Positions 27,101 through 39,100 of a stretch of 64,000 bases of DNA are shown here, piece after piece. The DNA lies in NCBI GenBank assembly GCA_030141605.1, contig JAQGDQ010002373.1, positions 95,921 to 159,920 of the forward strand, written 5' to 3'. Under the pieces are notes generated by a model, which worked only from the letters and a program-made list of their open reading frames with translations, ran no database searches and was not told the origin of the DNA. The translations under genes and the position numbers were made by a program. Source of the stretch: Tubiluchus corallicola (Eukaryota > Animalia > Priapulida). How positions within the stretch are numbered: position 1 is the first letter of the stretch; each line of letters starts with the position of its first letter.

Positions 27101-30100
27101 TTTTGAATAAGATCGTCTTACAGGAATTTTCTATTGTGTATTTTTGACATTCTTCAATATTTACTGGAGAATTTGTGATTTTACATTCTACTTGTAATTG
27201 TTCAACATTATCACTGTTTAGACTAATGGGAAAACCACTTATCACTTTAGCTTCATTGCGTTCGAAAACCGAACCATTAATTATGCTATCAGAAGTTTTT
27301 TCATTTAAAGGAGCAACTGAATTCTGAATACTGTCCTGATTATCAAAGTCGTCAGAATTAGAATCTGAATCTGAAGAATCAGAATCAGAATCATCTATAT
27401 CACGATTCAAGTCATTATCCTGATTATTTACAGGCATACTTGTAAAATTTTCCACACTGAATTTCACATCAATACCATAATCACTGCACATCTGCTTGGT
27501 AACATCACTAGCAAGACGTTGCTCCGTAACATCTTCTATGGGCAGATCCAATTCATATTGCTTATTGATTTCTACTTTTTGTGAAGTAGTGTGTTGTTGC
27601 CTAGACAACGAATGATCTGAGTCTTGCTGGCTGAACGGCAGTAGATTTATATCTAATGCATTGCTGCCAATAGTCACAGCAACGTCGTTATTCTCTAATG
27701 TCCCTAATGAATCAATAGCAGTTTCAATGTACCCTTCACTCTGTAGAGTGTCAAAAACATTTTCATTATTGTCTAAATGCTCTGGTGTACCATTAGTTAT
27801 TTCATTATTGTTTAAACTCTCTAGTAACCCACTAGCAGAAAATGATTCTTTCATTTGATTCTGCTGCAGAGCTTGGAATTCGTCCAAAGTGACAAAATCT
27901 TTTACAGCGGTCCCGGTACCCAGCGCACACAAACCATCTCTACTATCAACGCAGGCTGTATTCATAAGCTCAAGGCTGACATTAAACTCATTTATTCTGG
28001 ATAGAGCCTGCTGCTGATACGTAGCATGAGTCACAGCTGAACGAGTCTGACTGCCTGCTTGCTGCTGCTGTACTGAGCCCACATCTGTTACGCTGCTAGT
28101 AATATTTTTGATGCTGTTAGTATAAACCAGTTCTGAAATAGAGCTTTCGCCAGCCTGCTCTCCACACAGATCGATTTGCTCAAGTTCTAACTGTTCAATG
28201 GCAGCTTGCAGCTCTTCGTTCATTTCATAAGCATTCATGATTGAACAAGGGATTGTGCAGACTATTCACTTGCTTTCCTAGCATCAAATTGTTCACCTGT
28301 GAATAAAACGTTAACTTTAACTAATATAAAATTCGAGATTAAAAACATTAAATAATGATTTTTCTCGAAGAATAATGCTACAGTAAAATTAAATAGAATC
28401 ATAACCCTAATTCCCAACATAAACAACATGGATTACTTATCCAACACAAGTAATTGAAGTACAAGTGTTTATTTCTGAGTCTGAAAAGTCAGAGTACCTC
28501 TCTCGAGTAAAAAAAATTCATGCTTTCTATTTTGAAATTGTTGCCATGTATTTACACAATTTCGTTTCGTAAAATTTTTTAATGGGCATGTATAAATCGA
28601 AAAGTGACTAAAAAAGTAACTGAATTTTGCGGGAACAGACTAAAGGTATATTGTCGGCTTTTGATATCTCACATCTGAGGCAACAAAAAATACACGCCTA
28701 AGATGATCAAGACACCAAAGAACTGAACTGGTATGAGAGACAACCTTGCAAAACTACTTCAAAACCATAACACAATAATATAGAAAACAAAAGTAACATA
28801 ACAAAATCTGTAGCATAACGGACAAAAGGACAGAATTTCCTTGGTGCAATTCGATGCCGTGCTTAGTCGATGCTAAGAGTTTGGAAAACAAAATAAAATG
28901 TCTTCAATAAATCATATCGGAAGATAGCGCACAGCGGTGTACTAAATAGCACTTCTAATGGCTTTGTTTCTTGTTCTTAAAAATTATTCGTTTTCTCATG
29001 TTAGTTTTCATTTGACTTTTAACTTTTTGCAAAAATTGCTGTCACATGTTCTATTTTAGCAACAAATTAGTCAGTTTTGATAGCTAAGACAACTGTTTCA
29101 CCAAAAAAGTCAGATAATTAAAGCTTAGTAGCAACAGACTTATAACAGTCATTCGGCTATAAATGTAGCTCTAATATTCAATGATAATGAGTTAAAAAAT
29201 TGCAAAATGCTTCCCCATGTCTTTCAAATCTTTAAGTCAAAACAAATAAAACATGTTCAATAATTTATAAATCATAATATCAACAATTTATAGCTACTCT
29301 TTTATTGTCTAGAAAAACTTCAGGAAGTTATTTTTATATAATTACATGCTATTAATACAGTATAATAATACTTTTTAGTATCTCTGTGGCAAGGGTGATA
29401 GCCGAATTATAATGGCATATGCTTAGATAAGTAAAATTAAACAATACTGAAGCTGATCAATGCAGGGTCTGCAGCTTAAAACAATGCATTTAAAATTCCA
29501 TTGGTTCTAATGTTTTGCTGATTAGATCTTCAGGTAAAGAAAAGCCACAGTCTGTTGATAATAAAATACTCCTGCCTTAAACATAAATATTAAGCAGTAC
29601 CTTTACTTAAGGTTCATAATATAATATCTATCATCTAATGGTTTGAGTCTGGTTAATAAAATGCCTCAAAAATCAAAATTTTAAGAACTTCTGGGAGTCA
29701 GGCCTCAAGAGTCAGGTTTGGGGTCGACTTTCATCAATCAGGAACCCACATTGATGTGCTTTTAGGCTCAACTCCGCAACCTAGCACTGGTCAGTGAATG
29801 CGATATAGATGACCACTGGATTCTATATGAACTTTAAACTGTTTCACTTACTACACTGATTCGGGCTGCTTATCTCCTTCAGGGAGTGTATTCATCTTCC
29901 CAACCGGGCTGAGACACTTCTGCCAATTCACTGTTTCATCTAAAGGATTATCCTTGATAATTCCTGATTATCACAGAATCCTTTGCCAGATCCTGTCACA
30001 ACCGCCGGTATTAAATAAGCCAGGGCTGAGTACTGGTGTGCCACAATCACTGGTATTAAATAAGCCAAGGCTGAGTGCTGGAGTGCCACACAAAAACTGT

Positions 30101-33100
30101 GGAAAAGGCAATACCTGGGCATCACAGCAGTTTTAGTATGCATAAAATTGTTAAGATTTATTAGATTTTAGAGGATATTTTACTTTGAAGCCTATAAACT
30201 TTGTCCTGTCAAAAATTTAAATGATGAGTTATTCCTAAAATGCTAGGATGTTATTAATAACTTATGTATCTCACAACATTGTTGTAGTAAACATTTTGCT
30301 ATTATGTAACAGATGCCTTCCATTGAAAAGAATTACTATAAATTTTGAAAATCATCAAAGGAGCTAAAAGTTGTTCATTGAGCTCTTTCCTAGCCCATCT
30401 CCTAAATAAATTTATTATTTGTTTGCCTCACGAATAATTTAATCATATACTGACGGAGAAGAAAAATATCTACGTCTAAGGTGTGCCTGTCTGGTGAACA
30501 GGGGCTTCGCTAGGGTTAGGGTTGCTGGACGTCCCTTATATACAGGACATGTCCCATATTTGATAATTTTGTCCCCCGTGGCGTATTTAGTTCATTTTCA
30601 AATTTCGTGATAAAAATGCATTTTTACTACCTTCTTACGGGTTCTTACTAGTAACTTTATGAATAATTGTATTTTCTTTTCTCAGATCCTTTTGATGAAA
30701 ATATCCCAAATGTAATTATTAAATAATCATAATATTTCTCCATTTTCGGTATTAAATAAATATTTTCAAATGATTTTACTTTTGTTTTCCTCATAACCCA
30801 TTAAAATCCCTGCTTAATGTTTTTAACTTATGTCTCTACTTTTATATAATATATTGATCTGGGTGTTAGGCGTGTTTAAATTTATGTCTATATATATATA
30901 TATACAGTTGCCCTATGGTTGCCAGATTAGAAAATTAGAAATATGGGACACTTATAATCTCTTATATTATATATGTGTGTGTATGGAAAGAGATTATAAG
31001 AGTGTCCCATATTTCTAATTTTCTAATCTGGCAACCACAAGGTTGGTGTCATTCGGTGCAGTACTCATGGTATCAAACGTGCATTGGAGCTTATATACTG
31101 TATCCTTTAGTATGATCTTATGTGCATAGCTAGTACTTGCTGCATGGCGATTAGGAGAAACATCATCTAGACAACATCACTTTATTTTCCATCCTACTGA
31201 GTTAAAGTGCTAAGCACACATTAGTATACTGACAATGTTTATTTTAAATTGAAAACTTAATATTTTTAATTTTTATGATATATTTGCACATTGAAGCAGC
31301 ACTTTTAATCATATGAAAATACACTTCTTAGTTGAAGTATCAAAAGAAACTGGCATTAAAACACAAACAGTTCAGTATTTTACTAATTATAATTTATGTC
31401 AGCAATCAGAACTTTCCATTCCTGGATTTCACTGCTGCAAAGTTGTCAATTACTTCATCAAAATCAATTACTTTTGCTAAGTCAATTTTAACAGATAAAA
31501 CCGAAAGATCAGATAGCTTTGACTGTTCCATTGTGGATCGCAAGCAGTTTTTGGTTTGTTTAAGCTTTGAAAAGCTTCTTTCACATGACTTCACTCTTAC
31601 ACTCAACTTAAAATTGTTTCTCACGATCTAAGTTTGGAGAGATTCAAACCCCCTCCCCACCAAAAATGTACTTGCATTTATGGACTGCCGGTACATTTAT
31701 TAAATTAAACTCAATGTCTCATAAACTATGTTGCTACATTCTTCCCGTATAGCAATTTTTTGTTGTATCATAAGACGTTTCTTGTTATTGGAAAAAACGT
31801 TTCTAATTGCAGTCCTTAACTAATTTATCGCATTAGTATGGGGTCAATATGGCGGAGCGAATATGTTTGTAATACGTCTTACCCGAGTATCGAATTGCGT
31901 TTGAACTGCTTTCCATTCATTAAGCTCCTCGGCACAGCCGGTTCGTAATCTTCATAACTTGCATTACTGAAGGTATTTGTGGCAATTTCTTTCACATGAT
32001 GATTCTCCGATTCGTTTTGTAATGATCAGTACGTTCCTCAACTAATTCACTGAAATCATTCATTGCTACATTGTGCTTCGCGTTGAGGGCAATATTTTCT
32101 GCCGTACTTTTCCTTTGTACATCAGCTCCAGCAACAAGCACTCGAACAGGCTTGCCTATCAGCACAAGATCGTGGGAAAAATGCGCATGCGCCTCATTCA
32201 CTGTACAAGCAGACGCTCGCTGAGTTACTGAATGCTTGCTCATTTACCATGCTTTGTGTTATAGTCGTTATACAAATTGTTTCTGTATTATCTGGCATGT
32301 TGGATCTTTAACAATGGACGATACGTAGCATAAATTACCGATTACTACATCTTTGCCAGAGTTGTAGCTAAACACAGGGCTAGATGAACAAACTATTCCC
32401 AGACAAATGATAAAAGAATCTCAATTATTTTGGTGCAATAATTGGTTTTAGGCCACATGACAATTACAGATATAGGAACAACACTTGGGAATAATAATTG
32501 ACTATTAATTGGCATGGCATTCCCATTCCAACATGTTAACAGCAAAATAAGCAAAATTAATGGAATGTCTTTTTTTAAATTGGGCATAATATCAATAAAG
32601 ATACAATGAAACTCATTTCTGACTGTTCATGGCATTGCCCCTAATTCAGCTTTGAAACCCCTTACAATCAATCAAAATAAATTTATTTAATTAATGACAT
32701 TTGCCAGTAGAAGAGCTCATGTTACATCGTTGTGTTATGAATTAAACCTGCTAAAACTAAAACATACATAAATTAGAATTAAACAATTTTGTTTACAGAT
32801 TCAAACATAACACTCATCCAGTACTGTTTTCTTATTACTATCACTCTATAGACACAACACATGATTACAACTCTAGATTTGCAAGCAGCAGCAATTATGA
32901 CATAGAACGTTTCAACACAAATTTGAGACAGGTCACTGAAATTCCAGGGTCTATTTTGTGGAATAGCCTTCCCAGTGATATGAAAACTGCTTCCTATCGT
33001 AATCTAAAATATAAACATTATTAAAGTTAAGATCTAGTCTTATAGCTGACTACTGTAACAACTAGCATTACTATCATTACTGGTTATCTGATCCCAGGTA

Positions 33101-36100
33101 AAAAAGTTGCTGACAAAATGCATTGGAAAAAAAATAACCCTAACCCTGACCTTAGCCAGAACTGTGGCTTTTTCCGTGACTTTTTTCCTGTGACTTTATT
33201 ATAGATCTGGGCCTATTATTAGGTACATGTTAGTTAGTATTATAGATTTTATTTTTTTTAAAGTTACTTCAAAATGATATCGTTATAAATTCACAGTCCT
33301 GAAATGGAAGGAACATACATCCAGTCAATTGTTGATTTGTTGCATTATGCTTAAGAGAAGAAAAATAAATTGTCTATGTCTTATAAAATTTTGATTTCTG
33401 ATGTTGATTTTGCTTTTGGTATTTTACATTCTGTAGTCTTGAACATGACTTTTCTACAATTGAAACTAACTTTGTCTTACCAACAAGAACACTAGCTGTT
33501 GTAAATTAGCAGTACTGTTAAATCTACATACTGTACGTAAACAAAATATTGTAATCCCTCTCAAAAAAGATAAATTTCCTTTCACAAATTGAGTCTGAAT
33601 TCGCCAGCTTAGTATCTTAGTCAATCAACTTCTTGATCAAAATCCTTATTTTTCTGATTACTGTTGTCTGTGCAAGCATGCACAGTTAACTGTACTAAAT
33701 TTCTGCATGTAACTTATGTTTTATTACTCTTATGGCATATTAATTTTGGCTGTCTGTTATTCCATACAGTTGTGCCTTTTTGACGATATACTGTCATTGT
33801 TTTCTGGAGAGCACGTGTCACTGGCAGAACATTCAGGGAAACTCCTTGTGTTATCTAGCTTGCTGTACTCTTTTCATGCAACAAACAAAAATGTAGAGAA
33901 ATCTGTTGTTGTTTCAAATTATACTGAGGTATGCTACTGGCACGTTCAGACGTAGAGACTAATCTCGCAATTTGCTGCGCAACTTCTGTCTGAGAGTAGT
34001 TGCAGGTGTGAGTGGTTTGGCAACTTCTCTCGCAACTTGCTGTGCAACTTTTCTCTTTTCCTTCTGGGTTTGCAATAAGCTGCAAGAAAAGTTGCCAACC
34101 ATTCACACGTGTGGCGTACTCTCAGAGAGAAGTTGCGGGAGAAGTCTCGACGTCTGAATATGCCATAAAGAAAATGCAATAAAGTTTAAACATGCATTCA
34201 TAATTGTATTAATAGCACTTATTATTATACTATATACTATGAGTATTAATTGTTACACCGTAATTAAATTGTGTTAAAAGTTACCACTATTTGTAAACTA
34301 CAACCACTAAATTGTTTATTTTGTAAATTCCTGAGAAACCTCGTCCTAAATTTGTTGTACATCGATGCAGTTGAAATGTATTTGTAATCAAGTGGTTAAT
34401 GTTTTTAGACGTTAGATATTTTACAAGAAGTGTGCGTTAAAAGCAATTATCGTTACTTGAGACTGGATGGGACAACACCTTCCAGTAGACGGCAAGAACT
34501 GGTAGATCAGTTTAACAACAGGAACGCTTCAGAAAGTATGTAGAGTTTTAGTTGTTTATGTGGTTAGTGAAATCGTGATGTAGTTTGGTTTTGCATTCTT
34601 GCTCATATTTAGAAATGGCTAAAAAGGTGGTAATTTTGTTGGTATATGTCACTTCAAACACACCTAAATTTGGCATCATTATTTAAGCTTATGGACATGA
34701 AATTTTATAAATACTAATACTAGAAGAAACTGCTTGATATCTTTGTCAACGATGAGTTCGATCCATGACTTGCATAAATTATTAATTAAATTCTGTTGTA
34801 TTCGCATTCTAGCTGTATTCTTACTAAGCTGCAAAGCTGGCGGACAAGGATTAAACCTGATCGGAGCTTCGAGGCTTATTCTCTACGACATTGACTGGAA
34901 TCCGGCCAATGACCTGCAGGCCATGGCTCGTGTATGGCGAGATGGACAGAAAAGAACAGTGCACATATATCGTCTGCTCACAGTGGTATTTTATTACTGT
35001 CTTTTAAAAGCAATTTTATTCTTAGAATTGGATTGAATCATTTTTAGGTGTTTTCTTCTACAATATCGTTTTATTTACTAACCATAACGCAATTAGTTTA
35101 GATACAGTTTTTGGATCATTTGCCCGTCACATGAAATTGGCAGGTAGCGGTTGCTGCTTTTCTTTTCTGGTCTCCCCTTTCCCAGTAATGTGCCATGCTA
35201 GCTAAATGCCACCTAGTAAAAATAGTAACAAAAACCTATGAATTATTATGTAATTATAGATTATGATAATGCATACTAACCATGCACAAACGGGGAACCC
35301 TAGCATGCTGCTTATTACAGGCATCCACAGCATACTGGCCACTATGGCACAGGTGCTGGAAGTGTCCCATGGTATTGATGTCATGCCTATAATTGACTGA
35401 ATGATGTAAAATGATGTGGATACTAATGCCTGCACAATTGTACATGTCTAACAAAAGGACTCCACTCTCTGCTTCTGCAGACAGAAAGTGGTTCAAGCTG
35501 TTCAAGAAAACTTGCACTCATTGTCATCTACTATGTAGATAGTTACAGAAATGCACTGTTAGCTTTTTATATGCATAAGAGTTGTTGATTTGAATTGTGA
35601 TGAATCATAGCGGGAGACCCACATGTCCTGGACAACGTCTTGTCAGGTTGATCACATCGTCTTTCAGCAAGTATCACATTGTCTGGGGAGGTCAGGATCT
35701 CATTTAAAGTGTCAGCCGGCCCACTCAAATACATGACCGTATTACTGACAAACGTTTTGCCGAACCTCTGTCATAATCTTAATCTTGATGAATGTAGATG
35801 TTGTATTACTAGATGAATCTTCCAATCTTTTCCTTGCACTTTTTCAACTTGTGGTGTGACTCTTAGACAAGAAAAGTAGCTCACATTAGTGGCTGGGAGT
35901 ACGTGAAAAAACTTGGAATATGCCTGTTCTCACTTGTAAAGACCTAATTCCTGATACTGTACTCTATCTGCGCAGTTCAACCATTGGACCACTTATGGAG
36001 TCCGTGTCTGGGATGGTGTCATTGTCTTTTTTACTGTAAAGCACTTGGCAGATTGCAAATAACCATTCTAGTGACATCTGACTTGGGATCTGCAGTCTTT

Positions 36101-39100
36101 TGTACAACGAAGGTTTATTGTTACATGAAGCCGCTTATTGCTCCGCTTGAGAAGATGCATTCACGATCCTTGTTTGTTGGTTGCTAAATGCCAACAACTT
36201 GTTGGCAGTACTTACATTGTACCTTTTGCTTCAGGAAAATATGTTATAAAATATTTCAATTCGGTAACAGCTTAATTGTAGGAATTCTGTTTTCTCTAAA
36301 CCTGCTTTCACATTTCACTTCCTAGTAAATGTAGACCTTTAACTGTTGTACTATTAGCCTTGCATGGCAGAGGCATCTCTAATGCATGGGCATGCTGGGC
36401 AGTTGCCCCGGGACTCGATGTGCATCGGGCCCATGCTAATCTATGAATGTTGTGATTTGCTGTCAATAAATAAATACTATGCTAAGCTATACTATACTAT
36501 ACTGGAAGTACCAATACAATAAATATATGTTTAATTTTATCGACATTTACATTTTTGTTCCAGAATGGTTGTGTAGGTAGGGGGTCCCAATACACTGCTT
36601 TTCTGGGGGCCTACAATACTGTTTTGAGATGGTTCTGTTACCTAGCTGTCTATATGTATTAACCAATGTTACTGTTGCATTACATATTTATTTGCAGGTG
36701 TGTTAGTTATTTTGTCTTATACAGGGCACCATAGAAGAAAAGATTTATCAGCGGCAAGTAATGAAACAAGGCTTGAGCAGTGCCATAGTCGATGCCAGCA
36801 GCTGCAGCAGCACTGTCACTTTTTCTCAAGAGGAATTAAAGGTTGTATATGCAAATTTTGATCAGTTGAATTTCTGGTAAAAAAGGGAATGCATGAGTAA
36901 CTCGTGTGAGTCTGCATTTTGAAACAAACTGTCAATCACGATAATTGTTTTTAAGCAGCAATTGGAAACTTCAACTTCATAATTGGTTGAACTGTACCAT
37001 GAGTATTAAGGAAATAAATTGCTATTATTATTACAATGACTTTTGAGCTAATATACTGAAGTTTATTAAAGAAAATCAGAGACAAACATTCAAGTCTGCT
37101 TGTGCGATATGCTGGTTTGCAGCATCAACACCATAAACAAATGTGGTAATGCACAAGGTAATGTGTAAATACTTGCATTATTGATGAAATTTATTTTTAT
37201 TTCCTTTTTTATTAAAAATTTCTTGCCACAACAATGCCTAATGGTATTTTATTAATAGGATTTTCCTATCTGTCTTTATGTTATGACAAATTGTTCGCAG
37301 GATTTATTTACTCTGGTGAAAAGTGAAACCTGTGCTACACATGACTTGCTGAACTGCGTGTGTGACCAACTATGTGGTGCCATTTCATCTTCCAAAATTG
37401 ACAGTATGGTACCTATGAATGTGAAAGCCAAACACTTATCTATGGATCAACTGATGGAGTGGGAGCATTACAAAGGACCAATACAGAACTGCGTTCTTCA
37501 AGTGAGAATTAAAGTTTTATTGTAACGATGTTTTTACAGCAATTAATATTATTTACTGTAAATTTTATTTGGTAAAAGTTAATTTATCGATAAAAGCTTT
37601 TAAAGGCCAGTGCAAGTGAAAGTTTAATTTAGCACAGAAACTCTAGTGACTTAATATACAGATGTAGGTAGGGTAACTTTGTGCAACTAACCGACCCTTT
37701 CAATATTGCATAATGGCATCCTGCAACAAAGAGATGAGATAACTGTAGGTCAATGAGACCAGAGGTGGGTAACCATCTGTCCCCTACTTTTTGGGCATTC
37801 GCTCAGATTTATGGCAATTTTCTTTGTGTCCTGGCTTGTACGCCTACGTAAGACAATGAGTAATAACTAGGCAATAACCTGTACATAACATTTACAAAGC
37901 ATAGAAAATAAACAGTACATAAAACATTTTCCAGTCCCTGCAAGAAGCAATTTCCATTCCGTAGATATTTCATTTTTTGAAGATGGAAGCGCTCTAAATG
38001 CGCTCCAGTGTCTTTAGTACAGGCTAACAGATTCGCAATATTCGTTTTGTGCGGATAACTAGTCAGAATACCGCATTTAACGCTGGTAAACAGCCCAGAA
38101 AACGAACATTTTAGTCCAGCAGTGGCCGCCATCTTGAATGCTAGAGTCCAGTCCTGTCGGTAGTTTAACCAATGTGCTGTCCAGGCCCCTAGTTGCCAAA
38201 GATGAATATTTATGACGTTTTGAAGTATTTTGACAGGATTTGACAACTCATGTTACCTACACGAAGCTTTTTGATGAACGTTGTTACCTATATTTTCACC
38301 CTGATACATGCCTCTTTCAAGGGTCATTTACAATAGGGTGGAAATTCGCTCCATCGAAATTGTCACTGCAACATAGTGGGATGGGATGCTCTGTTCACAT
38401 ACATATCGATATTTTTGTTCCCGCCCCCGCAGTGGGTAAGATATAAGACTTTGAAATGACGGAGTATTTGCATCTTGTGCGTAATGCGAGCTGAAAGAGG
38501 GGGGTTTGGGACAAAAGTCGAAAAGTCATTTTGGAGAAGATAACAAGACCCAATACTGTGCAGAGTCAGATTTATTCAAACTCAGTGGTTGTTGCATGGT
38601 TAATCCTTCAAATATGTGTAAAAAAATAGAGAAAAATAGGCACTTTTTCATGAAAATCGGCCTATGTCGTACCTCTGCTACTATGAGGAGTTGGACCAAG
38701 CAGATTCACATAGTGAATACTAGTGACTAGTGGACCTCATACCCGAACTTTGGTCTGAATCGGTTTACCTAACCTTGTGCCGGAATTTTTCGAATTTGCA
38801 TGGTCTTCTGGCGGACGCGTTCTTAAGCTTCACACATTAAATTTATCAGTGGTTAAAAACTTATCGAAAAAATAAAAAAAGTGCCCTGTTTGCGTCATGC
38901 TGGATACATTAAAGGAAAAATCAGGACTTTTAGGAAGTTGAACTTATTTTAACATTTGGGGGGAAAATGTTAAGAAAGTTTCAGCAGTAACTTCAGCTTT
39001 AGTTTACAGGCGCCTGGTGCAATTAGTAAAGTCAATTTAAAGTCATGATAATTTCACACTTGGGGTGCTCATTTTGAATGAAAAATGACGTTATATGGTT

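Noticed and set aside
16827-27858. Many short ORFs overlapping the zinc-finger CDS
   Set aside because: Alternate-frame or antisense by-products of the repetitive coding sequence.
16428-28238. PRDM9 or KRAB-ZNF identity
   Set aside because: No SET, KRAB or SSXRD sequence is visible, the ATG is preceded by an in-frame stop, and the fingers are not homogenised at the DNA level.
33135-33157. Telomeric (TAACCC)n
   Set aside because: Only 2-3 degenerate units inside what looks like a small interspersed repeat.
38955-38975. PPT+TG motif (GGGGGGAAAATGTT) like the BEL element's
   Set aside because: No retroelement ORF upstream, and the following sequence does not match the LTR at 1-219.
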